The notes under the pieces were generated by a model. That model was not told the DNA's origin. It searched no databases and saw only the letters and a program-made list of their open reading frames with translations. Positions 19,501-28,862 of a DNA stretch of 64,000 nucleotides are shown here, one piece after another. The number at the start of each line of letters is the position of its first letter. The first letter of the stretch is position 1. The position numbers were made by a program, and so were the translations under genes. This DNA comes from Propionicimonas sp. (GTDB taxonomy: Bacteria; Actinomycetota; Actinomycetes; Propionibacteriales; Propionibacteriaceae): contig JASGEM010000030.1 of NCBI GenBank assembly GCA_049841235.1, forward strand, positions 23,452 to 87,451, given 5' to 3'.

Positions 19501-20145
19501 GAGGGTCGAGCCGCCGCCCAGCAGCCAGATCTGCTGCTCGGTGAAGGTGGCGCGCTCCGCGGCGTTGGCTCCCCAGGTGGCGATGTAGATGCCGAGCACG
19601 GCGATCGAGACCACGTTGTTGACGATCGGCGCCCACATCATCGGCCCGAACACGTCGCGGGCGTTCAGCACCTGCCCGATCAGGAAGAAGACTCCGAAGA
19701 AGAACAGCTGCGGCATGGTGATGTAGCTCATCAGCAGCAGGTTCTGCCAGGCGTCGGCCATGCCCGGGTCGCGCAGCGGTGCGGCGTAGAGCGTCATCAC
19801 CCACGGCACCGCCACGGTCAGGATCGCGGCGAGGACGGCCAGGGAGGCCAGGAAGGCGGTCATGATCCGGTCAACGAAGGCCTTGCCCTTGTCCTCGTCG
19901 TGCAGCACGGCCCGGACGATCTGCGGCACCAGCACGTTGTTCAGGGTGCCCCCGGCCAGCAGCATGTAGAGCGAGTTGGGAACCAGCATCGAGATGGTGA
20001 AGACGTCCATCCGCAGGCCGGCATTGCCCAGCGCGAAGGCGAGCAGCATGTTGCGCACCAGCCCCAGGATGCGGGAGACCATCGTCCCGGACGCCATCAC
20101 CGCGGTGGCGTTGAGCAGCCGGCGCCCGCCGGTCGCTTCAGCCAT
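16594..20145 (-). CDS. murJ: Lipid II flippase MurJ (MviN) fused to an intracellular pseudokinase domain and an extracellular C-terminal domain (Rv3910-like)
   Basis: The N-terminal ~550 aa are a polytopic MviN/MurJ region (MASGTMVSRILGLVRNMLLAFALG). A kinase-like domain follows, then a TM helix and a C-terminal discoidin-like beta domain. Confidence 0.9.
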   Translation of the reverse strand: MAEATGGRRLLNATAVMASGTMVSRILGLVRNMLLAFALGNAGLRMDVFTISMLVPNSLYMLLAGGTLNNVLVPQIVRAVLHDEDKGKAFVDRIMTAFLASLAVLAAILTVAVPWVMTLYAAPLRDPGMADAWQNLLLMSYITMPQLFFFGVFFLIGQVLNARDVFGPMMWAPIVNNVVSIAVLGIYIATWGANAAERATFTEQQIWLLGGGSTLGIVAQTLVLLPFLKKAGFSYRPRFDLKGTGLGRTFHVAKWMVGYVALTSLAQVVVTNLASTASSAGGGGPGAYQNAYLIWILPHSLLTVSLATAMLPAASRSALAGDLAGVTRETDRAIRLATTFLVPASLGLIALALPITALLFGHGQGGGDFQFVAWALMGFGVGLVPFTIQYLYLRAFYALDNTRTPFLLQIAISGANALLAVAFVVALDSPGTVAARLALSYSVAYFLGWWLTHRALSRRIPDLPWHDTLRHLGRLLLASLPAAALAFGVNYGVSSMGGLLWQVIGLAAAGGLAVIAYFFTAKRMGIPEASELISVLRRRPVATVEVTDDLAGSLSAVTEAQVADPGSWAPDEAVPASPVSAPSPAPGSPTSGDAAEPEPLNTDPDGVGVFVSVDPQAPPPDVLDYPEPTGDETPDPIAEPTNLIDIGRLLAGRYRLAELLAERGGHQTWRAEDTVLTRPVLIHLLQQGDPRSDDLLGLARRAALATDSRFLRVLDVVPPSPGEHGAYLVYEYATGQTLQRVLASGPLTGAETAWVVREVADALVALHPAGVFHRHLSPSTVLITASGNVKIIGLLVDEVLSGAPARSRDDGQAADVTALGNLLYACLVARWPGREAHGLPAAPEHEGRLLLPSQVRTGVAHPVDVVVDRILSPVPRQHASRLVTAAEVTTELSLVLGPISSAGDLRLRLDHSQDGSPSVSTVAPPVPVPARPRFEVSGVMPEPDEGSPAPRTSGSGIGAVSAPKAEEDTPPPFTPVPPPPEPAQRSRGSRAGWWLGGAGLLVVAVAGIWLALSGGGGDVPAEPSLPRVTRLAIAKATDFDPRADGGSAQENPKEVALAIDGDRKTAWRTERYRKRPDFGGLKPGVGLVLDLGEVREASEVKITLLGGPTALEVRVPTEATTDEAPMESQQQWRRVAGVDARTGSFTLVFDAEPTRYLLVYLTELPPVEENYFRGAVAEIEVLG

Positions 20146-22252
20146 GGTGATCCTTCACGTCGGCGAGGATCTGGGGTTCGTCCGCCGCGTCCTCGGCTTG
20201 CGGGACCGGACGGGGTTCTTCGCCGGCGCCTTCGGATTGCTTGGCCTTGCGGCGAACCTGCCAGATGCGCAGCGCGGTGGCGCCCAGCACCACCGAGCCG
20301 GAGGCGATCACGATCACCCAGCCGACGAAGCCCAGCTCGGTCATCTCGATCGTGATCGCGATGGGCGGCGAGACGCGGGTGCCGTCCTCGGTGGCGACCC
20401 AGGCCTGCGCGATCGCCACGCCGTTGGCGCTGGCCTCGGGATGGATGGTGATCGAGGCGCTCTGTCCTGCCGCGATGCTGACGACGTCGCTGTCGGGGAT
20501 CCGCAGCCGCTGTGGGTTGTTGGCTTCCACCTGCTCGGTCCGCACCTTCACCCGGATCGGCTCGCTGAGGTGGTTGGTGACCGTCAGCGGAAACTGGCTG
20601 GTGCGTGCCGACATCACGAACCGGGGCGCGGCATCCAGGGTGACGGCGTTCTTCAGCGCTTCCTCGCCGATCAGCTGGTCAAGGTCCTTCAGCAGCGCGG
20701 CGTGCGCGTCGTCCCGGCCGATCCACGCTTGGGCGACCGCCCGGCTCAGCAGTGAGGCGGCTTCTGAGGGGATGACGGAATCGGGCGCCAGCTGACGGTA
20801 GGCGGCGACCGACGTCTCCAACTCGGCGACGGCGGCGAACTGTTCGGGCTGCAGCATGTCGGGAATGACCGGGACGAACTCCCCGGGACGGGACTCGCCG
20901 GCCAGCACCTGGTCCAGCGGCCGGGGTTGCTGCCACTCGGTGGTGATCGCCCGGTCGGCGGCGAGGTCGGTCGGCTCGCGCAGCACCCGTAGCTGTCCCG
21001 CTTCCGCGGCCAGCACGGTCTCGGCCAGCGCGAGTTGCCGGGTGGTGAAGTCAGTGGGATCGGTGGGCAGGGTGACCGCGGCTGCCAGCACCGTCCGGCC
21101 GCTGGCGGCGGTCTGCCTTACGCCCGCACTGAGCGGATTGGTGGCCAGCAGCGGGGCATCGCCGGCAAGGTAGGCGTCCACCGCTTCGGTATAGGCCCCG
21201 CCGGTGGGCCACACCACGAGTGGCAGGCTGCGCAGGCTGCTGACCTGGTTGCCGGCGGTCCTGATCCGCGCCAGCAGCTCCGGATCGCCGACCGCCGCGC
21301 CGCCGGCGAGATCGGGATTGCCGAACAGGCTGCGGGCGCCCGCGGCGGGATCGAGTTGCCGGAAACGCTGCAGCCACTTGGTCGCGGTCTGCTGCCCGGT
21401 GCCGGACTGGAGTCCCTCGGTGCCCTGCACCTGGTAGCCGTCGGACATGTCGGCGACCTCGTCGACCAGTGCCGGGTCGATCAGCCAGGACATGCCGGGT
21501 TCGGCGGCGGCCGAGAGCAGCGCATCCAGTCGTCCGGTCAGCTCGGCTGCCAGATTCTCGTTGCGGAAGATGCCGTCGGTCAGTTTGGTGGGGGTGGTGC
21601 TCAGCACCACGAGCCGGGTGACCGGGACCGGCTGGCCGGGCAGAGCGATCACCGTCGAACCCTGGCCGACCCTTCCGAAGGCCGGGCTGCCGGCGACGGT
21701 CCCCACCGCCCTGGCACCGACCAGATAGGCCTTGCCGAGAGTGTCGAAGCCGAGATCGTCCAGGCTGGCCCGCAGGGTGAAGTCGGCGGTGGCGCCGGCC
21801 GCGAAGGGGACGTTGGAAGCCGTGATCGGGAAGTAGCTCTCCTCCTGACCCTTCCCACCGGGAAGGATCACACCGGGCGGCGTAGCCGGACCGGTCACCT
21901 GGCGCAGTGCGGCCAGATCGCCGATCGGATCGCGCGAGCGCCACATTGCCATCACCAGGCCGTACACCTGGGCGCCGGTCGGGTTGCTCACCCGTCCGGT
22001 CACCGTGACCTGGTCGGAGGGGCCGGAGCCGGTGATCTCCACGCCGGTGATCTCCACTGCGAGCTGGGGAACCGCCGCCGCCGCGGGCAGCGCCGTCCCG
22101 GCCAGCCAGGCCACCGCCAGGAGAGCTGCCGCCGCGACCGCGACGGCGCGCCACAGCAACCCCGGCCTCCGATTCACTGCTCCATCGTACGGGCGGGGAC
22201 GCGATAGCCATGCCCGGCGCGAGGGCGAGTCCACTGGCCCCGGGCATGGCAT
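20138..22252 (-). CDS. Rv3909-like conserved actinobacterial envelope protein
   Basis: N-terminal signal/anchor LLWRAVAVAAAALLAVAWLAG and a C-terminal TM helix (FVGWVIVIASGSVVLGATALRIW). Its position between murJ and cca matches the mycobacterial Rv3909 slot. The start is uncertain (ATG 22252 or GTG 22330). Confidence 0.7.
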   Translation of the reverse strand: MPCPGPVDSPSRRAWLSRPRPYDGAVNRRPGLLWRAVAVAAAALLAVAWLAGTALPAAAAVPQLAVEITGVEITGSGPSDQVTVTGRVSNPTGAQVYGLVMAMWRSRDPIGDLAALRQVTGPATPPGVILPGGKGQEESYFPITASNVPFAAGATADFTLRASLDDLGFDTLGKAYLVGARAVGTVAGSPAFGRVGQGSTVIALPGQPVPVTRLVVLSTTPTKLTDGIFRNENLAAELTGRLDALLSAAAEPGMSWLIDPALVDEVADMSDGYQVQGTEGLQSGTGQQTATKWLQRFRQLDPAAGARSLFGNPDLAGGAAVGDPELLARIRTAGNQVSSLRSLPLVVWPTGGAYTEAVDAYLAGDAPLLATNPLSAGVRQTAASGRTVLAAAVTLPTDPTDFTTRQLALAETVLAAEAGQLRVLREPTDLAADRAITTEWQQPRPLDQVLAGESRPGEFVPVIPDMLQPEQFAAVAELETSVAAYRQLAPDSVIPSEAASLLSRAVAQAWIGRDDAHAALLKDLDQLIGEEALKNAVTLDAAPRFVMSARTSQFPLTVTNHLSEPIRVKVRTEQVEANNPQRLRIPDSDVVSIAAGQSASITIHPEASANGVAIAQAWVATEDGTRVSPPIAITIEMTELGFVGWVIVIASGSVVLGATALRIWQVRRKAKQSEGAGEEPRPVPQAEDAADEPQILADVKDHHG

Positions 22253-22285
22253 AGTCGCAGGCACCCCGATTTCCTGGAGGTCGCG

Positions 22286-22624
22286 ATGCAGACATTGGCC
22301 GTGAGCCTGACCCCGTCCCAGGCTGCCCACCTGGTGCGCCAGCAGGTGGAGGCCTCGGGTACCACCGTCGAATTGGTGGGGGAGTACGTCAATCGCTCGC
22401 CCGACGGCCGCGAGGTGATCATGCTGGTCTTCGAGAAGTACTACATGCGCAACTCCAGCCGGGCCAGCCTGTCGGTGGTGCTGGAGAGCCTGAACGACCA
22501 GACCTGGGTGGGCTACCTGGGATCCGGTGGTGGCCAGGGCGCTGTGTTCCGGTTCGACTGGGGCACCGCCGAGGACTTCGCGAGCGTGGTCACCTCGGCT
22601 CTGCAGCCGTACGTCCTGCGCTGA
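22286..22624 (+). CDS. Small hypothetical protein (112 aa)
   Basis: The composition looks like real protein (MQTLAVSLTPSQAAHLVRQQVEASGTTVELVGEYVNRSPDGREVIMLVFEKYYMRNSS). No recognisable motif. Confidence 0.5.
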   Translation: MQTLAVSLTPSQAAHLVRQQVEASGTTVELVGEYVNRSPDGREVIMLVFEKYYMRNSSRASLSVVLESLNDQTWVGYLGSGGGQGAVFRFDWGTAEDFASVVTSALQPYVLR

Positions 22625-22780
22625 GAGCGCGACCGCTCACCTGCCCTCCTGCCGCACCAGCACAATCCGGGCAATCCCGGCCCTGTGCCTGCACTATCCC
22701 CCAGGCTGGGCCGGATCACCCGGTTTCCGCGGCTGCAGCGAGCCGGGGAGACCGGGGTCAGCACGGTAAAGTGACCGGCT

Positions 22781-24232
22781 GTGCCCCACCTGACCTCTGC
22801 CCAGCGCGCCTCGCTCGACGCGGTGCGGGCGTCCAGTGCGTCGATGGACCGGCTGACGCAGACCTTCGCCGCCGCCGGGCACGAGTTCTATCTGGTCGGC
22901 GGTTCGGTGCGCGACGCGCTGCGCAGTGAACTGGGCCAGGATCTCGACTTCACCACGTCGGCTCGTCCGGACGAGATCGAGGCGTTGGTGCGTAGCCTGA
23001 CGAAGACGGTCTGGGACGTCGGCCGCGACTATGGGACGATCGCCTGCCAGTTGACGGATCCGGACGGCACCCGCCGGCTGATCGAGGTCACCACCTTCCG
23101 GGCCGACACCTACCGCGAGGATTCCCGCAAGCCGGAGGTGATCTTCGGCGACCACCTGGGCGGTGACCTGGTCCGGCGTGACTTCACGGTCAACGCGATG
23201 GCCCTCGACATGACCACCGGCGAGTTGCTCGATCCCTTCGGTGGCCTGGCCGATCTTGCCGGCGGGCGGATCCGCACCCCGGCCGCACCCGAGCTGTCGT
23301 TCTCCGACGACCCGCTGAGGATGATGCGGGCGGCCCGGTTCACCTCCCAGCTGGGCTTCACTTGCGTCCCTGAGGTCGTGGCGGCGATGACCGCCATGGC
23401 CAGCCGGCTGGCCATCGTCTCCGCCGAGCGGATCCGGGATGAGTTGGTGAAGCTGCTGCTCACCGACGATCCCCGCCCCGGCCTCGACCTGCTGGTGCAG
23501 ACCGGGATCGCCGAGATCGTGCTGCCCGAATTACCGGCTCTACAGATGGAGAGGGACGAGCACAATCGGCACAAGGACGTGTACCAGCACTCCCTGACCG
23601 TTCTCGACCAGGCGATCGAGCTGGAGCGCGCGCGCGGTCACCAGCCGGACCTCGTGAATCGGCTGGCGGCCTTGCTGCACGACATCGGAAAGCCTGCCAC
23701 CCGCTGCTTCGAGCCCGGCGGCAAGGTGAGCTTCCACCACCACGATGTGGTGGGCGCCAAGCTGGCCCGCAAGCGGATGCAGGCACTGCACTTCTCCAAC
23801 GAGCAGATCAAGGCGGTTGCCAAGCTGATCGAGCTGCACCTGCGGTTCCACGGCTACGGCGAGGGCAACTGGACCGACTCCGCCGTCCGCCGCTACGTCC
23901 GCGACGCGGGCGACCAGCTGGAGCGGCTGCACATCCTGACCCGGTCGGACTGCACCACCCGTAACGTCCGCAAGGCGCAGCGACTGCAGCGCGCCTACGA
24001 AGAACTGGAGTGGCGGATCGACGCGCTGGCCGAGCAGGAGGAGCTGGACGCGATGCGTCCCGACCTGGACGGCACCCAGATCATGGAGATCCTCGGCATC
24101 GGCCCCGGGCCGGTGGTGGGTCAGGCCTACAGGTACCTGCTGGAGAAGCGGATCGATGACGGCCCGCTGGGTCCCGAACGCGCCCGGGAGGCGCTGCTGG
24201 AGTGGTGGGCGGACCGGGAACAGACCGCCTGA
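22781..24232 (+). CDS. cca: CCA-adding tRNA nucleotidyltransferase / poly(A) polymerase family with HD domain
   Basis: Pol-beta NTase head (FYLVGGSVRDALR..DLDFTT), a DPLRMMRAARF motif, and an HD region (HKDVYQHSLTVLD..LLHDIGKP). Confidence 0.9.
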   Translation: MPHLTSAQRASLDAVRASSASMDRLTQTFAAAGHEFYLVGGSVRDALRSELGQDLDFTTSARPDEIEALVRSLTKTVWDVGRDYGTIACQLTDPDGTRRLIEVTTFRADTYREDSRKPEVIFGDHLGGDLVRRDFTVNAMALDMTTGELLDPFGGLADLAGGRIRTPAAPELSFSDDPLRMMRAARFTSQLGFTCVPEVVAAMTAMASRLAIVSAERIRDELVKLLLTDDPRPGLDLLVQTGIAEIVLPELPALQMERDEHNRHKDVYQHSLTVLDQAIELERARGHQPDLVNRLAALLHDIGKPATRCFEPGGKVSFHHHDVVGAKLARKRMQALHFSNEQIKAVAKLIELHLRFHGYGEGNWTDSAVRRYVRDAGDQLERLHILTRSDCTTRNVRKAQRLQRAYEELEWRIDALAEQEELDAMRPDLDGTQIMEILGIGPGPVVGQAYRYLLEKRIDDGPLGPERAREALLEWWADREQTA

Positions 24233-24321
24233 GGAGGCCGGTTCGTGCCTCCTGGGAGGGTGTGCGGCCCGTTCCGATCCCATCGCGCCAAGGAGGCCGG
24301 ATTCCGGGACGCACACCCCGC

Positions 24322-24825
24322 TCAGTGCTCGGGCGCCTCGCCCGGGTGGAGTTGGATCTGGGGCAGGCCGGTCACCTTGAGGTCGCGCTCCCGGTCGATC
24401 CAGCCATCGCTGAGTTCCTGCAGGAAGATCTCGCCCTGGGTCCAGATCGTGGCGCGGAACACGTGGCCGCCGCGCACCTGGCCGCCGGCCTCGGAGAAGA
24501 CTCCGTGGCAATGTGCCCACAGCTTGCCCTCGTCGTCGATCGTGACGTTGCCCTGCAACGACAGGATCTCCATCGGCCGCCTGAGGTAGACGGTGTCGAT
24601 CTGGTCCGCCCACTCGTACTCACGCTGGATGGGGAGGGTGGTGTTGTCACGAGGGTTGCGGAGGTAGAGCTCCTGGACGGTGCCGACCGCCGAGGCGATG
24701 ACGGCGGTCCGGACGCCGTGGGCACGGCAGATCTGCTCGATCGAGTCGGTGAGCGGTGCCCCCGGTGCGAGACTCGCCGCGATCAACCGTCCGGGCCGGC
24801 CGACGAGGGTCTTGAAATCGGTCAT
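24322..24825 (-). CDS. PPC (DUF296) domain protein
   Basis: 167 aa. GRPGRLIAASLAPGAPLTDSIEQICRAHGVRTAVIASAVGTVQEL and LSLQGNV..D..LWAHCHGV fit the PCC/PPC fold pattern. It is the last gene of the GntR-ABC operon, 13 nt after the permease stop. Confidence 0.7.
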   Translation of the reverse strand: MTDFKTLVGRPGRLIAASLAPGAPLTDSIEQICRAHGVRTAVIASAVGTVQELYLRNPRDNTTLPIQREYEWADQIDTVYLRRPMEILSLQGNVTIDDEGKLWAHCHGVFSEAGGQVRGGHVFRATIWTQGEIFLQELSDGWIDRERDLKVTGLPQIQLHPGEAPEH

Positions 24826-24838
24826 CCTGTCTTCTCTC

Positions 24839-25696
24839 CTATTTCCCGCTGCCGAGCGTCATGCCGGTAACGATGTGTTTCTGCGCGAAGATCGCGATGA
24901 CGATGACGGGCACCGTGATGACGGTGGCGTAGGCCATCATCGGCCCCCATTCGAGCGAGGCCTCGTTGATGAAGTTGTAGACCGCGACGGGAAGCGTGCG
25001 GGTCTGGGCGTTCGACAGCACCAGCGCCATCTTGAAGTCGTTCCAGCTGAAGATGAACGCCAGGATTCCCGATGTGACGAGCCCGCTCCGGGTCAGCGGG
25101 AGGGCGACCCGGAAGAAGACGCCGAAGCGCGTGCAGCCGTCCACCTCGCCGGCGTCGTACAGCTCCTCCGGAATTCCCTCGAAGAAGTTGACCATGATGA
25201 ACACGGTGAGGGGGAAGGTCACCAGGACGTGCCCGAGGATGATCGCCGGGTAGCTGCCCATCATGCGAAGTTGGGTGAAGAGGATGAAGAACGGCACCAG
25301 GAAGGCCACCCCCGGTAACAGCCGGGCCGTCAGCAGCGACAGCGACAGGCGCTTCTGGTTGTAGCGGGCGATGGTGTAGGCCGCGGGAACTCCGATGACC
25401 AGGCCGAACAGGCTGGCGGCGGTCGCGACGAGCATGCTGTTGCCGGCGTAGAGAAGGAAGGGCGTGCGCTGGAAGGCCCTGACGTAGTTGTCCCACGTCG
25501 GGGTGAAGCTCAGCCATTTCGGGGGCATCGTGTAGATGTCGACGCCCTGCTTGAGCGACGAGGTCACCATCCAGAAGAACACGAACGCCGCAGGAATCAG
25601 CAGTGCGGCGATTGCGACGACGAGTCCGAGCCGGCGTCCCCACCTTCTGATCGCCGCGGGGGCCAGGCTGGCCGGCGAGGTTCCCAGGGCGGTCAT
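24839..25696 (-). CDS. Carbohydrate ABC transporter permease
   Basis: Begins MTALGTSPASL, with EAA loop PEELYDAGEVDGCTRFGVFFRVALP. The ATG at 25696 overlaps the upstream stop (ATGA). Confidence 0.9.
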   Translation of the reverse strand: MTALGTSPASLAPAAIRRWGRRLGLVVAIAALLIPAAFVFFWMVTSSLKQGVDIYTMPPKWLSFTPTWDNYVRAFQRTPFLLYAGNSMLVATAASLFGLVIGVPAAYTIARYNQKRLSLSLLTARLLPGVAFLVPFFILFTQLRMMGSYPAIILGHVLVTFPLTVFIMVNFFEGIPEELYDAGEVDGCTRFGVFFRVALPLTRSGLVTSGILAFIFSWNDFKMALVLSNAQTRTLPVAVYNFINEASLEWGPMMAYATVITVPVIVIAIFAQKHIVTGMTLGSGK

Positions 25697-26643
25697 GAGA
25701 GCGCCTCGCTTCCCTTGCGCCGCAACCAGCTGATCATCAGCGCGACCCCGAAGACGATCACGGTCAACCACACCAGCAGCGCCGAGCCATAGCCGAAGTT
25801 GAGGAACGACAGGCTGGTGTTGAAGGCGTAGAGGTTCAGGGTCTCGGAGGCGAATCCCGGCCCGCCCGCGGTGATGATCATGATGATGTCGAAGGTCTTG
25901 ATGCAGTCGATCAGCCGGAACATCGCGGCGGTCAGAATGGTGGGGGTGAGCATCGGAAGCGTGATGTACCACAGCGTTTGGAGCGCACCCGAGCCGTCGA
26001 CGCGCGCTGCCTCGTAGGGTTCCTGCGGCAGCGCCGAGAGCCCGCTCAGGATGATCAGCATCACCAGCGGAGTCCACTGCCAGGTATCCACCATCGCCAA
26101 CGCGGGGATCACCAGTTGGGGATCGGAGGTCCAGGTGATCGGCGGACCGCCGGCCGATTGGCTGAGGTAGCTCAGTACACCGAGCGTCGGGTCGAACATC
26201 ATCTTCCAGACCAGCGCGATCGCGGTCGGAGTGGCGATCATCGGGAACAGGTAGAACGCACGGACGGCTCCGCGTCCGAAGAACTTCTGGTGGAAGATGA
26301 GCGCGGCCGCCAGGCCGAGCAGCACCTGGGCGCCGACGGAGAGCGAGACGAACCCGACGGTGTGCCAGAGGCTGGCCCAGAACCGCTCGTCGGCCAGGCT
26401 GCGGGCGAAGTTGTCCAGGCCGACGAACTGGGGCGGACGCCGTCCGCCGCTCCAGGTGTGGACACTCATGTACAGCGTGAAGCCGACGGGGAAGGCCAGC
26501 AGCAACAGCACCAGGATCAATGCCGGTGCCGGAAGGACGAAGCGGTCGAGATCGACCCGGCTGAAGAAGGCGCCGCGGCGGAGGTTCGCCTCCGGCGGGG
26601 AATCGGGCGCCAGGTGAGGCCGCGTCTTGGTTGCGGTGACCAT
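25693..26643 (-). CDS. Carbohydrate ABC transporter permease
   Basis: EAA loop PQEPYEAARVDGSGALQTLWYITLP. Start placed at ATG 26643, preceded by GAGAGGAA. Confidence 0.9.
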   Translation of the reverse strand: MVTATKTRPHLAPDSPPEANLRRGAFFSRVDLDRFVLPAPALILVLLLLAFPVGFTLYMSVHTWSGGRRPPQFVGLDNFARSLADERFWASLWHTVGFVSLSVGAQVLLGLAAALIFHQKFFGRGAVRAFYLFPMIATPTAIALVWKMMFDPTLGVLSYLSQSAGGPPITWTSDPQLVIPALAMVDTWQWTPLVMLIILSGLSALPQEPYEAARVDGSGALQTLWYITLPMLTPTILTAAMFRLIDCIKTFDIIMIITAGGPGFASETLNLYAFNTSLSFLNFGYGSALLVWLTVIVFGVALMISWLRRKGSEALS

Positions 26644-26695
26644 AGGGTTCCTCTCGGTCGGGCGGGGATCCACCGGATCCCCGCCCGTGGTGCCG

Positions 26696-28042
26696 TCAGG
26701 CCGACGGCATCGCGTCGATCAATTGCTGCAGCTCTGCATTCTGCGTATCGGCGACCTTCTGGAGTTCCTCTCGGGAGATGCCTTCGAGCGCCTTGTTGGC
26801 CACCAGACCCGCGATCTCCCGGGCCTGGACGCCCGGCGCGACCGGGGGATTCATCCGCGCCGAGGCGGCCTGAGTGCTGTCCAGCACCACCTTGGTGAAC
26901 TCCGGAGTCTTGTCGGTGCTCTTGAACTCGGCCGAATCCCACGCGGAGGTGCGCGGTGAGGGCCAGCCGGTGAGCTTCATCTCGAGGTTGAGTTCGGCAC
27001 TTGTCGCCCACTGAAGGAAGTACCAGGCCGGATCGGCCTTGTCCGAGAACGGGTTGATCGCGTAACCCCAGCCACCGATGAACGGTGCCCGGCCACTCGG
27101 GCCCTCCGGCACCATCGCGTAGCCGACATCCCCGGCAACGGTGGACTTCGTCGGATCCTCCAGTTCCGGAACGAACAGATTGATGTCGACGAAGGCGAAG
27201 ACCTTCCCCTGGCCGAACTGCTGGGACGGCACCGGCCAGTCGAAACCGACGATGCCGGGCGGACCGTACTGCGAGCCCCACCGGCCGAAGGTCTCATAGG
27301 CGTCGACCGCCTGCGGGGTGTTGATGCTCGCAGCACCGTCGGTGACCCAGGCGCCTCCCATCGCGTACAGGAAGGAGGAGAAGGGCGTGGTGGTCTGGTA
27401 GGGGATGCCACGCAGCGCGAACCCGTAGATCCCGTTGGCCGGATCGTGGATCTTGGCCGCCGCCGCCTCCCACTCCTCGAAGGTGTTCGGGACAGGCAGT
27501 CCCGCCTTCTCCAGCAGGTCCTTGCGGTAGTAGGTGAGGATGGTCTGCATCTCCCACAGCACCGTGACGGTCTGATCGTCCACCTGCATCGCGCGGCGGA
27601 CGCCCTCGCCGAAGTCGTCGAAGGCGAAGTCGGGGTTGGTGACCGAGGGGTTGGTGATGTAGTCGTCGAGTGGCACGTACCATCCATTGGCGGCGAACTG
27701 GGGGCCGTCAACCTCGGGGAAGGTGGCCATCACGTCGAAGTCGGATGCCTGGGCGGTCAGTCGGATGGGCAGGTTCTGCCGGTAGCTGGTGACGTCGGCG
27801 GTCTCGATGGTGACGTCGATGCCGGTCAGTTCTTCGAACTCGGGCAGCTTCTGCTGAAGCAGTTCGGCCTGTCCGGTGTCGGCGATGTAGACCGACAGTG
27901 TCTCCTGGTCGAATCGCTTCCAGTCGAACTCGCCGGTCACGTCGCTGCCGCTGGTGGGCGTCGCCGGAGAGCTGCAGGCGGTGGTGGCAAGCGCGATCGC
28001 ACCCGCCAACGCCGCGAGTCGCTTGACTCGTGCTGTGGTCAC
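26696..28042 (-). CDS. ABC transporter substrate-binding lipoprotein
   Basis: GTG start preceded by AAGGAGG. Lipobox LATTAC. Family-1 SBP-like sequence. Confidence 0.9.
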   Translation of the reverse strand: MTTARVKRLAALAGAIALATTACSSPATPTSGSDVTGEFDWKRFDQETLSVYIADTGQAELLQQKLPEFEELTGIDVTIETADVTSYRQNLPIRLTAQASDFDVMATFPEVDGPQFAANGWYVPLDDYITNPSVTNPDFAFDDFGEGVRRAMQVDDQTVTVLWEMQTILTYYRKDLLEKAGLPVPNTFEEWEAAAAKIHDPANGIYGFALRGIPYQTTTPFSSFLYAMGGAWVTDGAASINTPQAVDAYETFGRWGSQYGPPGIVGFDWPVPSQQFGQGKVFAFVDINLFVPELEDPTKSTVAGDVGYAMVPEGPSGRAPFIGGWGYAINPFSDKADPAWYFLQWATSAELNLEMKLTGWPSPRTSAWDSAEFKSTDKTPEFTKVVLDSTQAASARMNPPVAPGVQAREIAGLVANKALEGISREELQKVADTQNAELQQLIDAMPSA

Positions 28043-28096
28043 TGAATCCTCCTTGATGTGTTCGGGTGGCGGCGCGATGGGTCTGTGGATGGCGGG

Positions 28097-28858
28097 CTAG
28101 GGCTCCGCGACGACGGTGCAGGGAGCTTCCCCGACCTCGCTGACGTTCAGCGGAGCAACCGTGAGCCTGGTCCGTCCGCGAAGGCTGCCTCCACCGGCGA
28201 GGCCCAGCACCAGGAGCGCATGGCGCAGGATCTCGACCGTCGGTGCCCAGTCGGCCAGCACCTGATCGCGGGGGTAGAAACGGTCGAGGTAGGCGGCAGC
28301 CGTCGACGACGGCCAGGGAGGGCGCTGCCAGCCGGGGACGGCGAGCCACTGCCTTCCGGCATGGGTGGCGGCGGGATCGGTCAGGTAGGGCAGGTCGGTG
28401 AGCACCAGGTCGATTCCCCGCTGCGCGACCGTGGTGGCCAGCAACTCCGCCGCCTCGGGCGAGAACCACGGCGCCGTCCGCAGGCGGGCTTCGTCGGCCA
28501 CGGGTACGTCTCCCCAGCCGGTGAGCAGCATGAGCGCGCTGGCTCCGCCGGTGGCCTCGAGGGCAACGGCGAGAGCATCCCGCCCGATCTCTCCGCCCTG
28601 CTGCGCCGCGACCCTGAGGACGTCGGCCTCACGGTTGATCAGTCGCAGAGGATCGGTGTCCTGCAACGACGGCGCGGCACCATCCGCCACGCGTAGGCAG
28701 AGAATCCGGGTGGAGACGCTCGGACTCATCCGGATGTGGAACAGATTCGCACCGTTGTGATCGAGCGTGGCGATCGGCTCGGTGCGGTACGGCTGCTCCC
28801 AGGGCAGCAGCGAACCGGCGGACGACGCGGTGGAGAGCGGATGGGTCAGCGAGATCAT
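28097..28858 (-). CDS. Cyclase-family-like protein (degenerate metal site), paralogue 2
   Basis: 253 aa. It has LMLLTGWG (compare the GD..LIRTGW motif of the kynurenine-formamidase/cyclase fold) but lacks the HxGTHxD motif. It starts 4 nt after the upstream gene. Confidence 0.5.
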   Translation of the reverse strand: MISLTHPLSTASSAGSLLPWEQPYRTEPIATLDHNGANLFHIRMSPSVSTRILCLRVADGAAPSLQDTDPLRLINREADVLRVAAQQGGEIGRDALAVALEATGGASALMLLTGWGDVPVADEARLRTAPWFSPEAAELLATTVAQRGIDLVLTDLPYLTDPAATHAGRQWLAVPGWQRPPWPSSTAAAYLDRFYPRDQVLADWAPTVEILRHALLVLGLAGGGSLRGRTRLTVAPLNVSEVGEAPCTVVAEP

Positions 28859-28862
28859 GGCG

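Noticed and set aside
21035-22295. 390-aa (+) and 414-aa (-) ORFs inside the Rv3909-like gene
   Set aside because: Shadow frames with low-complexity Arg/Gly/Pro composition.
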